Positions 13,030 through 28,100 of a DNA stretch of 64,000 nt are shown here, one piece after another (positions within the stretch are counted from its first letter, which is position 1; the number at the start of each line of letters is the position of its first letter). The stretch spans positions 16,014,871 to 16,078,870 of the forward strand of contig NC_092676.1 of assembly GCF_964355755.1 (NCBI RefSeq). Direction: 5' to 3'. A program made the position numbers and the translations under genes. Source of the stretch: Antedon mediterranea. Taxonomy: Eukaryota; Animalia; Echinodermata. Below the pieces are notes generated by a model. The model did no database searches, was not told the origin of the DNA, and saw nothing but the letters and a program-made list of their open reading frames with translations.

Positions 13030-13730
13030 GATTGACAAGCTCAACCTTCTTCAAAGGAACTGACAAACCGCGCAAAAAAGGGCGCTTGGTTATAACTGAT
13101 TTCGCTAAAGCATTTAACGGTGTAGGCCTAGACAATACAGTTGCAGCAAGTAATCTTATTGCGCTTAGTGCCGAGTCCTGGATTGTTGATTGGATATGTA
13201 ACGTTTTTTCTGAAAGGCGTCAACGAGACAGATACCAATCGACTTGGTCCGACTGGGACACTTTATCCTGTGGTGTACCACAAGTTACACAGCTTGGAGA
13301 AATTGTGTTCCGGTCCGCCATCATTCGTTGATGATTTTTCACTGGGTGAGGTAGTTAACCCTAATGCAATGTCTCAATACGATGTTGACGATTTAGTCGA
13401 ATGGGCAACCATAAACAAATTTCAATTGAACCCATCGAAATGCGAACAACTCGCATTTTGTTTCATGAAGTCGTCACCCTATATGACACCTATATTACTG
13501 GCAGTAAATGAGAACTAACTATGCAAAAATCATTGATGTTTTCATTCAGGATTATTTAAAATGTGATGTCCAGGTCGACTATACCCTTAGTAAAGGGGGA
13601 AGACGTCTTCACATGCTTAGTCTTCTAAAACAGTTTGAAGACCATGCCCAAGTTTACATCACATCTACTAGACCAATATTCGAGTATGCAATGATGATCG
13701 CCGCAAAACTATGTCGTAAATTTCATTAAC
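13030..13730 (+). mobile_element. Degenerate non-LTR retrotransposon RT fragment
   Basis: TDFAKAF, SCGVPQ, FVDD, WATINKFQLNPSKC and RPIFEYA motifs with frameshifts. Confidence 0.8.
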
Positions 13731-13834
13731 CACTAACGTAACCAAATTTTACTACTAACATAACAAACAGTAGAAAATGTTATTTTTTAAGATATTTCAA
13801 GATATATTGCCCCTCTGAAAAAAATAATTTGTTC

Positions 13835-16800
13835 ATTTCAACAACATTTATTTCAACAACATTTATTTCATCAATGGCTCAGTATAACTAACAAGTAGTA
13901 AAAAGATATAAAATATATTTGATGTAAAGGAACCATAATAGGATCATTACTATACTAGAAGATAAAAATCTTGTCACGTCGTAAGACCCTTTTAGAGTAA
14001 AGAATATTTACATTGTTGATTTACAGACTAAACAAAAATAAGATCAATAAACTCAATAAAACAAAAAACAAAATATAATGGTAAAAATTCATGAACACTT
14101 TAATACAATGATAGATAATATCTTTTTAATTTGTTACGAAAGGTAAAAAGAGAAGTTAAACTTTTGATAGTGACATCCAACTCGTTCCAGAGTCTGGAAC
14201 CCGAAACGGAAATAAACAATTGCGAACTTCTCAAGTCTTCTAAAAGGAATATTTAACTGGAAGTTACAATGCATGTTACAAAGTTTATAATCATGATAAT
14301 GTACGACATTATTAAATAAATTAATTATAGAAGTTGGTAGATTGTTGTGAATATATTAAAAAATAATAATAAAAGAGGCCACGTGGCATTTATGTATGTC
14401 AAATAAATTTAGCAACTTAAGTTCTTTGAAAAAAGGTTTAGATGGGGTTTCATAAGTGGAAAGTGTAATAATTCTAATAGCACGTTTAAGCAGTTTGTTT
14501 ACTTTGTTAATATTTGAAGGGTAATCAGCACACCAAATTATATTACAATAATGAACGAACAATAAAGAAAGAAGAACACGTTGTGGGAAAATATATTTGA
14601 GTTTGTTAATAATTCCTATTATTTTAGAAACCTTTTTTGCTACGTGAGTTTGATGATAGGTCCACCTCAAATGTTCTTGAATATAGACACTAAGGAACAG
14701 TGTTTTAGGCATGCGTTCAATAATTTTTTCATTTATGGTGATAAATCGATTTGAATAATTAGCCTTTCTTTGTTGTGTATGAAAAAAGATATAATTTGTT
14801 TTTTGTGAGTTGATAATAAGTTTATTTGAGATGACCCAGTCATTTATACATATTAACTCATTATTCACTGTAGCATATAAAACATTTAAATCAGGATGGG
14901 AATAAAAAAAAGTGTAGTGTCATTGGCAAAGGAAATCACCCGAAGGGTGTCACTGGCTCTGGATAAATCGTTCACATAAATTAGAAATCACAATGGTCCA
15001 ATGACAGAACCTTGTGGCACCCCACAAGTGATTTCCTCCTCCGATGAAACACAGTTACCCAAAGAAACATATTGTTTCCTATGTTTTAGGTAACTTGTAA
15101 ACCATTCTAAAGCAATACCTCTAATACCATTGTTATGTAATTTACTAATAAGAATCTTATGATTAATAACGTCGAATGCTTTAGATAAGTCAACAAAGAC
15201 TGATAACAAAAATTCTCTTTGTTCAAAAGAAGAAGTTACATTGTTAACAAAACCAATAATCGCATGAGATGTAGAATGATTTTTACGGAAACCATATTGA
15301 TGTGTAAAAAGAATATTATAGCAGTCAAGAAAGTCATAAAGACGCACGTACATTAAATTTTCTGTTATTTTTGAGAAAACACTAAGTAAAGAAATTCGTC
15401 TATAATTTGAAAGTATATCTTTGCTGCCTTTTTTAGAAGCAGGTATAACTTTGGCGAGCTTCAAATAATTTGGAAAATTGCCAGTCAAAAAAGAAGAGTT
15501 AATAGAAAAGGGTAAATGTTTGACATTGTAAGGGGAAGCTATTTTAATAATACGTGACGTAATTTTGTCATGACCACCACCTTTAGTGGAATCTAAATCA
15601 TTAATTGTTTGTAAAACTTTATATTCGGTCACTGAGGATTAATGAAAAATGATTGTAAATCTGGGTTTGGAAGATAGGACATAAAATCAATTTGAGAATC
15701 TGACATAGAATTGCAAAGAGAAGAACCGATTGAGGAAAAATATTTATTAAAAGAGTCGCAAATGCCTTGATCAGATTTAATGGTTTTATCATTTGTTTCA
15801 ATGAGTGTGGGGTAATTTCTATTAGACTTATTTGGATCAGAATTTATCACAGACCAAGTTTTTTTAAGATTACCTTTGATAGCGTCAAATTTAGAAAATT
15901 AATCATTTCTTTTCTGTACGACAAAGTTTATTGAACATATTGTTATATTTATTATATATTGATTTGTGATTGGGATTCTGAAAGAAAATAGGTTTGTTGT
16001 ACAGTTTATGTTTCCTTCTACTACTTGTTATTAAATCAGGTGACATCCACGGTTGTTTGGGTATTTTCCTGGAGGGTATAGTGTTATGAGAAGTATGCTT
16101 ATCATGAATGTTATACAATTAAAAAAAAAAGTATCAAATGCCGATTTTGAATCACAATTGTACATTTTCGACCAGTCTTCAATAACTAACTCATTGCAAA
16201 ATGCATTTATATCTTTTATGTGAGGAGAAAGTTTATCATCAGGTTTAAGTGGGTGGTATGTGTCCCCATCAATGATTTGGAAGATTGGAAGGTGGTCAGA
16301 AATGTAAAAAATAAGTATACCAGAACAAATATTAGAATCAATTATGTTGGAATAAAAGTGGTCAATGAGTGAAGCACTCGTTGTCGTTATTCTGGTGGGT
16401 TTCGAAATGGTTGGATAAAAAGAATTTGAAATAATTGTGTCAAGATAATTACTGGTACAGTGATGATTTTGATATTTAATTAAATCAATATTGATATTAC
16501 CCGTAATATGACATTGTTTATTTTCATAGTTATTTGATTTAAAACATCATTGAAGGCCATGGTAAAGTGGTCAATTGTGCCTCCGAGTGGACGATTATAA
16601 TTCCAACAATGGATTTTTTATTTGGTTTTATTATTTCAACAAAATTAGATTCAAATGGAAAAGAAAGCGAAATATCATGTCCAATTTGAATATTTAAATC
16701 ATTACGTTCAAATAATGCAACCCCACCACCATTTCTAATCTATCTATTTTTAGAAAAGTAGGAATAGTTTTGCAAGGAAGGAATTGGCGAGTCATCATTG

Positions 16801-19130
16801 AGCTAAGTCTCAGAAAAACCTATAATGGAGAAATTAATACATAAATTATCTACAAAAATTCAAGTGAGTCCATCTTCATGTTTATATTTCTTATGTTAAG
16901 ATGGAAAAGGAAGAGCTTGGAAGAATTAAGATCAGATCTGATATTAACTTAATTAAACAAATCTGTTGATTGATTATCAAATTTATCTAAATCTTCAGTT
17001 AAAGGATTGAAGTTTAAGTTAGATGTATGGTTTATAAAATCGGAGTCCATGCAGATATCATGAAACGGTAAATGCAAAAATAAATTTTCAATTACCATAA
17101 TAATACATTTTTAGTGTGGAGTGAACATGAAATATACCAAGACTGTGATAAATGTAACATAGGTAAAAGTTAGTAACAAAACATATTGAATTAAATAATA
17201 AAATGCAATTAATAATCTTCTTAACAATGAAGGTCATACATAAATCGATATTTGCAGTCTCCGCCAAGTATACAATGTTTATTTTTTGCGTCAACGTATA
17301 AGACAAGTCCTCGAAAAAGAAAAATGATTTAGTTTTAATAGATCTCGCCTTCTTTAATAATTCATCTTTGGGGTCTGTAGAAAAATTTTGCAATAATTTT
17401 ACGAGGTTTAGTTGACTGTGAGTTCGGCTTACCTGTTCTGTGAGCGTTCTCAATACAGATCACCTAGTGCAAGTTCATTCTTAATGATATCCTTTATTTT
17501 TTGCATTGAGTTTTCACCCTTTTCTTCGGGCAATCCTCCGAAACGCAAGTTATAACCACGCGAATTCAGATTCAAGTACATCGATTTTCCGTTGCTTATC
17601 ATTCAATTCGGATTCCAATTTTTCCATGTTGGTAGTAAGGCTGTTTACCGCGGCTTTATTTTCCATAGATGTGTCAGCATAGAATTCCAATGAGTTATCC
17701 CCATCTTTTTGTTTATTTTCCACAGATTCCATCCTTAAATTCAGGGCATCTTGACATTTAATAATAGCAGCTAGGGGTGTCACGAAACTTAAGACCACGA
17801 AAGCTAAGACCCCCTAAGACCTAAGATCACGAAAGCTAAGACCCAAGACCTAAGATTGCAAATTCTAAGATATACTACAGCTTAAAAACAATACTTGTTT
17901 ATCCATACATAATTTTAAACATAGTAGATTTCATTTACTACCATAAATATAATTAAATACTACCGCAAAACATAGATAAACTCACATTATTTTCGCCCGT
18001 TGAGTAAATGTATATTTTTCCTTTACAACAAACAAACTTGACTGGTTGTTTGTTGGTATATATTTACTCCATTGTGTTGGTTCAGAGGATGTTTTTCTTT
18101 CGCACCTGTCTTTCTTGTATTTTGACTCCAAATTTGTTAACTGACTTTATTCTGAATATCAAACTTTAAAATTAGGACTTATATAAGTACTTTCAGAAGG
18201 AGAAACACATAAAAACAAATAAATAAATCCTTTAAATTGACGTTTTTACAGACGTGTTTCTTTGTATACTGTAACTCCTAATGCTCAATGTTTTTGTTTC
18301 TATGAAGCGCCAAAAGAGCAACAATAATAGTACAAGTATAAAAACAGAAAGAAAACGAAACAAAAAAACTTATTATCATGATTTTTAAATTAAAATTTAT
18401 TTGCGAGTATTTATTTCTTCGTACTAGCATGATTATACTATTATTATTACAATTTTAATTTCACATTGTTCCATCCACACTGTAGATGGACTCCACAGAG
18501 TTTTCAGCCCTCTATATAATTTTTGCTCTATTGACGTTCCATAGAAACAAAAACATTGAACATGATGTAGGCCTAACTGTAGTGTAGGCCATGCGAAATT
18601 CGCAAACAGTATGTGTGCGAGAAAAACGTCTGTAAAATCATCAATTTGAAAATGTATTTGTTACTTTTTATGTGATTCTTTTTCATAAAGTGCTAATTCT
18701 AAGGTGTGGTATTTAGAATAAATGTTGGGAGTTAAAGTACAAGGCAGGTGCGAAAGATAAATATTTGTAATCTTAGGTATTGGGTCTTAGCTTTCGTGAT
18801 CTTAGGTCTTAGGCGGTCTTAGCTTTCGTGGTCTTAGGTTTCGTGACACCCTAGCAGCTAGGCCGGAGTCAATGCGGGTATAAATATCCGATACCTTGTC
18901 TTTAAGCTCACGCCTCAGTGCGTTGATATCGCCGGTATCCGCTGACGTGGCACAGCTGGCGGGAATTTTGAGTTGTTGGTGCAGGCTTAGGCGTTGGCTC
19001 CGCTGCTTTTGATTTCGTTACGCTCATTTTAGTAGTGATAATCAAATTATTTCACAAAGACAAAGAAAACCACTGGGAATTACAACTTAAAACCACAAAA
19101 CCTTTTGGACTTAACATTAGGAACATACTC
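13835..19130 (-). mobile_element. Near full-length decayed CR1/L2-group LINE (ORF1, APE endonuclease, RT), interrupted by a MULE-like MITE
   Basis: RT motifs QYGFRKNHST, DLSKAFD, GVPQGSVIGPL (14988-15632); SDHLPIF endonuclease end near 16290; coiled-coil ORF1 remnants 17230-19027; short tandem 3' tail near 13835-13870. Confidence 0.88.
17775..18851. mobile_element. Mutator-like (MULE) non-autonomous foldback element
   Basis: ~90-bp TIRs starting GGGTGTCACGAAAC, built from CTAAGAC subrepeats. 10-bp TSD TAGCAGCTAG at 17765-17774 and 18852-18861. Confidence 0.85.
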
Positions 19131-19203
19131 CCAGATCGGTAAAATTATTCCATTGACTACCAAAATTTAAGTTTCAATATTAACCACTATTTAAGCTGTT
19201 TTT

Positions 19204-19916
19204 AGTCGCGTGGACGACTCTATAGTTCACTATGTCGGTCGGTCGGTCTGTCTGTCTGTCGGTCCGGTATCACTATGCGTTTTATCGCTTTCTGACCTTA
19301 TCTTGATATCAGTTTAATCTAGCTAAGTCAATTTTTCACAGTATATTCCTTATGGCCAGGAATCGATGTGGTTATGTTTTTACGGTGCGCAATAAAAAAT
19401 TACGCGGTGTACGCACGATTTCACGAAATCACGTTTGTAATCATATCTTCACAACCATGAATCACAATTGAATAAAATTTGGTACTCATAAATTTCAGGG
19501 CATAAATCATCATATGGCAATACAATTACGTGCGTAGCGCATGTAACGCATGCGTACGCGCGCTTAAAATTTTCAAAATTTATTTTCGATGAAATAAGAG
19601 TACGTTTCAGGCAATTTTAAGCGTTTACAAAATTGCCATGAGTGCGCAGAATTTTGCGCGCGCACTGCGCGTTAAATGTTATTGCGCACTCTTTTTGCCC
19701 GATTTCTGTTTTCTTGACTTGCTTTTCAACTCGAAATTACGTTATACGAGCACGTCAAAAGTGACAGGCTACGCACGTGTAAATTAAAAAAATATAAATG
19801 TTTTTAAACATTTCAACATTTTTAAACATGTTCAGTAATTTCGGTCAGTTGGTAGGTTGGTCGGTCAGTCGGTAAACACTAATGAGCACGCGACTGCAGC
19901 CATCTATATGGCTTTG
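19204..19916 (+). mobile_element. Helentron-associated non-autonomous element (DINE-1/HINE-like)
   Basis: Inserted in T-runs. SubTIR AGTCGCGTG...CACGCGACT, (GTCG/GTCT)n microsatellite, 3' hairpin AGCCATCTATATGGCT. Related copies at 39516-39631 and 44086-44200. Confidence 0.72.
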
Positions 19917-20009
19917 TTTTCAGTAATTTGCCTTTGGATTTATATATATATATATATATATCCAAAGGCAAATTACTGAAAAAAATGACAATGCTGTGGG
20001 TATCAGTGG

Positions 20010-20010
<1 letters not shown>

Positions 20011-20087
<77 letters not shown>
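20011..20087. repeat. (TA)n microsatellite
   Basis: Uninterrupted TA run. Confidence 0.97.
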
Positions 20088-20091
<4 letters not shown>

Positions 20092-22149
20092 TTATATTCG
20101 CTGTAATAGAACATTTTTACTAAATGTAACGGGAAATGCTATTTTTCTGTACTATTTCCCCTTGACCCGTACTGTATATTATCTTAAAAACGGCTGGTCA
20201 TAGAAATTTAAATATGGTCTCAAACTGCTTAGACCTTATATATTTAAATTTGTTGTAAATGCAATATTTTGTTTAAAAATTTCCGGAGGCAAAGTTATTG
20301 ACCTTGGACATAGAGAAGTAGCTTTCAGGATTTGTATTCAGTTGTCTCTGGTCATATCTCCATTACTCCTTTGTCTATTGACAAGATATTTGTATTTAAA
20401 TACTCGAAATATATACAATTTTGACTAAATGTTTACTAGTTACCCTTGACCTTTATCGCACTATATCTAAAAACGGCTGGTCATATAGAAAAAAGTTATT
20501 GACCATTGACATAGCTACACACAAATCCTTCACGATTTCATAAAATACATTCATAACAAAATGAATACTTTTCTAAACATTGTCTCAAAATAAATCAAGA
20601 AATACATCTTAAACAGAGATGATAAAAAAAATGAGTTGAAGCTTGTTGAAGTTTGTGAACGTCTGGTTGTGGACGTAAAACGAAAATGAAACTAAAAACA
20701 TATAGTAGCTTGACAGTCAAGGCGTGTGTGTCTAGAAAGAGATAAAATCATAAAACTTCTCACTCCTTAAAGTGATTCCTTGGCTTGGCGACGATGAATA
20801 CAAAATGGCAGTCAATGTTACAATTGGAAGATTGCTTCTCATATCTCGAAACATCCAAGAAGCAAAACAAAGGAACGTCTAACCAAGCAACTGAACCAAC
20901 CACCCAAATTGTCATCTATGACCACGTACAGTAATAGGCCTAATGTAAGGCCGGCAGTAGTTCAATGTATGAGAAACTTCTATATATGAAAATGTTTCAA
21001 GAAAGAATTTATAGCAAGTACAAAGGTAGAAGAATCATCCACTTTTACTCCTTGACTTTCTTAATGGCGACGACGATGCTGACAAAAAAGTATAGCAATT
21101 AACAGTCCAGGAAAAGTGCAGGAAGAATCTATTGGAATACGTCATTTTAGTGAAGTGAATGGGATGAAAATAGTGCAATGATTTCCTACTGTAACTTTTA
21201 CTATCGTCCGAAGTTGTTTACATAGATAAATGTGTTTACTTACACCACAAAGTACAGTATATAATATTTATAAAATATATAAAAACTAAATATATGAATT
21301 AAATAAGATAATCAAATGATAGTAATATGTATAAACGCATTTTTTAATCCCTACCAAAAATAATTTCCGATACATGCTCAAATAAATAAATGCTTATACT
21401 TACGGGTTACTGCTAGTTCGTATTATTTACAGGACTAATTTCAAAATTAGAATTAATACAATAAATAATAACTACTCTAAGAAAATATACTTTGTTGACA
21501 TATTGAAAGATATCAGTGAAGTAACTTTATGACTGAAATAGGTCTAAAGATACCTTGATATAGTTATTATTTATATAAATAATTGAAACGAGCCATTTTA
21601 GAGAGGGTACTCTGGTTATTTTTAACAGATAATTATGAATTAGGTAATACTCATATCATTATGAATGAATATGATACGTGATTTTCATTATCAGGAGCAA
21701 CAATGTCAGCAACAATGTCATCGACGTACTTTCCCCCTTCGTAAATCCTGCCGTGCAAAAAAAGATGTAAATCATAGATAATATAGTCATACTTGTGATG
21801 ACTAACGTAGCTTAAATGAATATCTCTACATTTAAATGATATTACTGTTAAATCAACCACAATAACTACCCAAGACACATTTTCATTCTCTCGTACCATT
21901 TACAATAAACAAACCTAAGCTAAAGCCTGTGTAACGTCAGTGTGTGCGTAACTGAATTAAGGGATTACGTAATTGTCGTTGATGCTAAGTTAATCTGGAA
22001 TACTTTCATGAAGGAAAAATAAATATTTTATTGTCCTCGATATGGCATGATTACAAGCTTTCCATTTTCTTTTAGACGCGTTATCTCAACTAAAAGAGGT
22101 GGCCAGTGAGACCGCAGTTATAGCTTGAATACTATGTATTCCATGATCT

Positions 22150-25100
22150 TTATTCTGGTTGCATCGTATATGATGGTGGTCTGTTCAACATCGCTTCGCC
22201 ATTCGTGTATGGATAATTACCACTATTTCTTGAGTTGTAGTCGGAAGCTGGAAAATGAATTTTAGATTCTAGTGACGATTTAGGTAATACAATTCTAAAT
22301 TGACAATAGATAAACCAATATTCAGATTCAGAACAAGAAAGACATCGGTGTATGCATTTTAATACATAAACATTATTACATTTGAAATAGATAAACATGT
22401 ATCTTTTAGAGGTATCATTAATATTTGAGAATTTTACACAAAAGTTCAACGTTTGTTTGATTGAAAGACTTTGTATCTCCAGAACATTACGAAAAATATT
22501 AAGTTGATTCGTTAATGGTTCCCAAAATCCCTACTTGGTTGTATTTTATATTAGAATAATAGAAGTTTGTATGCCTATACCTGGACAAACATAATACAAG
22601 CACTGACGTAACAATTACCTTAACTAAGCTAGAAACATGAAAACAAAACGATGTTCTGCAATAAGCACATAAAAAGTTTAAAATAAATGTTGAATAGACA
22701 TAACATTAAGAAGAAAAATGTATACGTACGAGACACATATCCTAAATAAAACAAGATGCATATTTCTAAAAAATTATTTTTTTTTACATGGGTATGTACA
22801 AAATTAGCTTTAGCCTGGCATATTGGTTACAGAAGTGCGACACAATCTCCTTTTTACAACACTTAACGTAAAAGTATTCAACGTAGAATAGCATTATGCT
22901 TACAAGGCATAGGCCTACGCATTGAAAATAAAAGAAACTTAACACTAAACATAATAACTATGACATTAAAAGCAGAAGACACTTTTTAGTTTAGCAAAGA
23001 CAATATAGCCACATATACTGCATGAACAAAGAACATCTACTTCTTCTACGACTCCGTTATACAGTAGTTGATAACTCACTGTTAGTGTTATGCGCCGACG
23101 CAGACGAACCATTTGTATGAGCAGATGGTAATCCCTTCTTCGTCTGATTTCGAGCATCAGTAGACCATGTGATTCTTTGCCGCTTGGTGCCTGAGCGAAA
23201 CTTGCCTGACGAACCAAAACCTGGCATGGAAACATAACCATGGGAAATAAAAGCTTTGTTAAAACCAAAAGCCAAAAACCAAAACCACTTCAAATCCTTT
23301 ATCTTAGGCCTACTGTGTATAATTTCCGTTGGATGAGTTGCCAGAACACTCCATGGACGTCGATAGCACCGATCTCACAGAGATCTTACTCAATTTATAG
23401 TCTGATAATTTTGGTTAACGTTAATTAACTATAAATAAATTACTGTATTTATGTCTCTCACCTGACGATAAATCATCACCTCCACAGCATGGACAACAGA
23501 GTCTCCGCCAGTGTTGACGAATGTCTTTCTTCGCGAGGCAATGGAAAATGAATATGCTCAAACCTTGAAAGGTATTTAATATAGCAAATAAATAGCTAAA
23601 AACTAGGCTGGCCTCACTAACAGCAAATATTGCTACTGCCCAGGTGAGACCTAACAAAACCATTAAGCTAATTGAACCACGAAGGTGGGCCCATGCCGTG
23701 AAACGCTCCGTTTTGGTAATTTTTGTGTGACGTAGATTACAAAGTTGTTTCATAACCATTGTAAAGATTACAAAGTTGAATATTAATATAATCAAAGCCG
23801 GTATCATAAACGCCCAGTAAAATGCCGTTCGATCCAACCAGCATCTGAAGAAAAAAGAAATTGCAGTATAGTAAGTATATCTACTGGTACTGAACTTAGT
23901 ATTTTAAAATTTAAATTAGTTTAGCTTCAGTTTGCGGGGTAGGCCTACTTTGATGTTTTTGATAATTTAAAAGATACTATAATAACGAAATAATTATTTA
24001 ATAATTAAATATTACTTACGCTCCACTGTATAATCCATAGTGGTCAACATCAATGGATACCGTGACAATAACGAATAATAATGGTACGCCTGGTGATAAA
24101 AAAAAAGACAAACATCATTTAATATGATGCATTAACCAAACAGAGGGTCCGTTGGTTACAGGTATTTCTGGCACGCCATCTGGCTAAGGCGTGCTTGGGA
24201 ATCTTAAAACATTATGAATATGAACAAGATTATTATAATAAAATATAAATATACAAATTAAGACGTACAGAACAAATTTTGTACAACCTGGTTAATTTAT
24301 AAATGATAAAGATAAGGATGTACAAAATAAACTTAAAACAACTTTAATATATAAAGAGAAGAGAGAGTATAGTTTTGAAAAAGATTCGTTGAAGGGATTT
24401 ATAGAATTTCAAAAATTTGAGAGTATAGATTAGGGAACATATCTAACAATTTCAGACAACTAAATAATTGTCTTACCCCAACCAAATATCATTTGTTTTA
24501 GAATAAAGTGTGAATAATATTGCTCAAACACTTTGACCAATGACAGATACATATTGAAGGCTTCAAGAGCCATCCACGTCATGGTTGATAGTAGAAAGTA
24601 GTGCAGGAATATTGCCATAAAACGGCAGACTTCATCCAGTTCCTCAAACTCGACTGTCAATGATGCCATGATGAAAAAGATGTTTGCCATTAGTAACGAC
24701 AACACGAGGTTTAGGAGAATCTTTACTCGTTTATCAGCTTTAGTTTTTCTATAAAAAAAGAAAAAGTTACGGCATGTTTTTAAAAAAGAAATCAAAAATA
24801 AAGATTAGGTTTGTGGTACACCATGTGTTGCCAAAATAAAAAGGAAGAAAAGTATGGTTGAGAATGTCTCACAATCAAGTAAATGAATGAGGAGGATAGG
24901 CACGTTAAAAAACAAACAAAATGTCTGATAAATACAAAAATAAAACAAATGCTATGTTTTAATTCTATAGTATAATCAGTCTCACCTTCGTGGATCTCCT
25001 TTTGGATAATGTAAGCTTGTAAATAAAATGTTGATTACGTTATTATTCATACAGAATGCAAGATAACGATAACAAAACCAGCCACTACAAAGCCAACATT

Positions 25101-28100
25101 ACCTTGTTACTATTATTGCCATAACAGGCACAGCGTCATTTTTATTGTGTCTTGAACCACAACAGTGTGGAATATACTATTTAGTATAAGAAGATTTGAG
25201 AATTGTTTAATTATTTCGTTCAAAAATAGAGCTACCAGCTTCTGAACGTCGTTTTAAACTTTTAATTAATGTTAACCCCGTAAAACCATAGTTCGTCATT
25301 CAATAAATTTTGCAATTACTAACATAATAAATTTGATGTTTTGGTGCTTATCTTATTTTATCTTCCATCATGCATAGCGAGGCACGCATTTTTCGATTTT
25401 GGCCAATGTCTCACCTTTTTTCAAACATTTTTTTCCTTTTATTATTTGATAAAATTATACAGAGAATGTTGAAATACATAATTGTTTTGAAAGTGCTGTT
25501 GTCATTATGTAATAATTATCTAATAAATATAGTCTATATTTTTGTAATATTTACATATAAGTGTAACTGTATTTGTTGTCCGTTTATTTAAAATTCGGGT
25601 AATTTTCTTAAAAGTGAGATATTATGAAACACAGGAGGCATTGGAAATTTCAAAAAGGGTTTACAGAAAGAATACAAACGTTATACCCAACATGCACCAC
25701 CAACATTACACAATCTGGCCTTTAACCACGCAAGCAATTTGAATAATACAGCTCTAGCACATGGCTATGTCAAAGGTCAATTCAAGTAAGCATTATTTTG
25801 ATATGCGTTACAAACAAGTAATATTAATGATATTAGATTGTGTATCAGCATGTTCATTTATTATTTTGCACTGCAATTATTTTTTAGCACTATGTTTGTA
25901 CCTTGAACCATTGTGGATATTTCCAATAATGACATTAGTTTTGGGGAAAATTGCTGATTGATTCAATTCAAATATATCGTAAGACGATGAACGATTCGAA
26001 CAGAACAACGAATACCTTAAGAAATACGTAGAAAATGCAAATAAAGAAAAAGAAGAAATGTAAATTTAAGTATTATACAGAAGAGTAAAAATAAAAGGTA
26101 ACAATTTCTTTCTTTCTATGGTTGCAAATTTAAGACAATTAAACATCAGTTACGAACACATTTGTATCACCAGCCATTTAGATTTTAATTGAAATTTGTA
26201 TTGAATTACCAAATAACATAATACGTACACATGGTATTTTGATTTAATGTGTTGGATTAAAATAGTTACCTGCAACAAGCATAAGTCAGGAGTGTCAGTG
26301 ACAAACCAAGAATGGAAAGGCCACATCCAATATACGAAATGTAAGAGAGGGCTAATTGATGCTCCTCGGGCAGCTCTGCCGTATCACCATATACATCCTA
26401 GAAAACAAAATGCATTTATATTTCTCTGGTAAAGAAAATTGGTAGAAATTCATAATAATCAAGCAATATAAAGAGGACAATTGAATAAGCTTTGACGGGT
26501 TTATAACTGGAATGGAGGAGCCAAGATATCAGCTGCAATATACGTAGCTAGATGTCTATAAATAGCATCAGACACGGACTAATGCCTAGATATCTATAAA
26601 TAGCCAAGACATCAGCTGCAATATACGTAGCTATAAGATGTCTATAAAATAAATAATAAACAACAGTATTTATATAGCGCCTAATGGATCACTGACCCCT
26701 CTAGGTGCATTACATTAGACCTTAACTAATGGTAATAAACTATCCCCCGCCGGTTCTATACATAGCATCAGACACGGACTAATGCCTAGATGTCTATAAA
26801 TAGGCAAGATATCAGCTGCAATATACGTAGCTATAACATGTCTATACATAGCATCAGACACGGACTAATGCCTAGATGTCTATAAATAGGCAAGATATCA
26901 GCTGCAATATACGTAGCTATAACATGTCTATACATAGCATCAGACACGGACTAATGCCTAGATGTCTATAAATAACCAAGGTATCAGCTGCAATATACGT
27001 AGCTATAACATGTCTATACAGAGCATCAGACACGGACTAATGCCTAGATGTCTATAAATAGGCAAGATATTAGCTGCAATATACGTAGCTATAACATGTC
27101 TATACATAGCATCAGACACGGACTAATGCCTAGATGTCTATAAATAGGCAAGATATCAGCTGCAATATACGTAGCTATAACATGTCTATACATAGCATCA
27201 GACACGGACTAATGCCTAGATGTCTATAAATAGGCAAGATATCAGCTGCAATATACGTAGCTATAACATGTCTATACATAGCATCAGACACGGACTAATG
27301 CCTAGATGTCTATAAATAACCAAGATATTAGCTGCAATATACGTAGCTATAACATGTCTATACATAGCATCAGACACGGACTAATGCCTAGATGTCTATA
27401 AATAGGCAAGATATTAGCTGCAATATACGTAGCTATAACATGTCTATACATAGCATCAGACACGGACTAATGCCTAGATGTCTATAAATAGGCAAGATAT
27501 CAGCTGCAATATACGTAGCTATAACATGTCTATACATAGCATCAGACACGGACTAATGCCTAGATGTCTATAAATAGGCAAGATATTAGCTGCAATATAC
27601 GTAGCTATAACATGTCTATACATAGCATCAGACACGGACTAATGCCTAGATGTCTATAAATAACCAAGATATCAGCTGCAATATACGTAGCTATAACATG
27701 TCTATACATAGCATCAGACACGGACTAATGCTTAGATGTCTATAAATAACCAAGATATTAGCTGCAATATACGTAGCTATAACATGTCTATACATAGCAT
27801 CAGACACGGACTAATGCCTAGATGTCTATAAATAACCAAGATATTAGCTGCAATATACGTAGCTATAACATGTCTATACATAGCATCAGACACGGACTAA
27901 TGCCTAGATGTCTATAAATAGGCAAGATATTAGCTGCAATATACGTAGCTATAACATGTCTATACATAGCATCAGACACGGACTAATGCCTAGATGTCTA
28001 TAAATAGGCAAGATATTAGCTGCAATATACGTAGCTATAACATGTCTATACATAGCATCAGACACGGACTAATGCCTAGATGTCTATAAATAACCAAGAT

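Noticed and set aside
24987-25176. Additional micro-exons in the aGPCR TM1-TM2 intron (13 nt and 74 nt)
   Set aside because: They have AG/GT boundaries, but neither is phase-compatible alone; the 74-nt one has an in-frame stop in the required phase.
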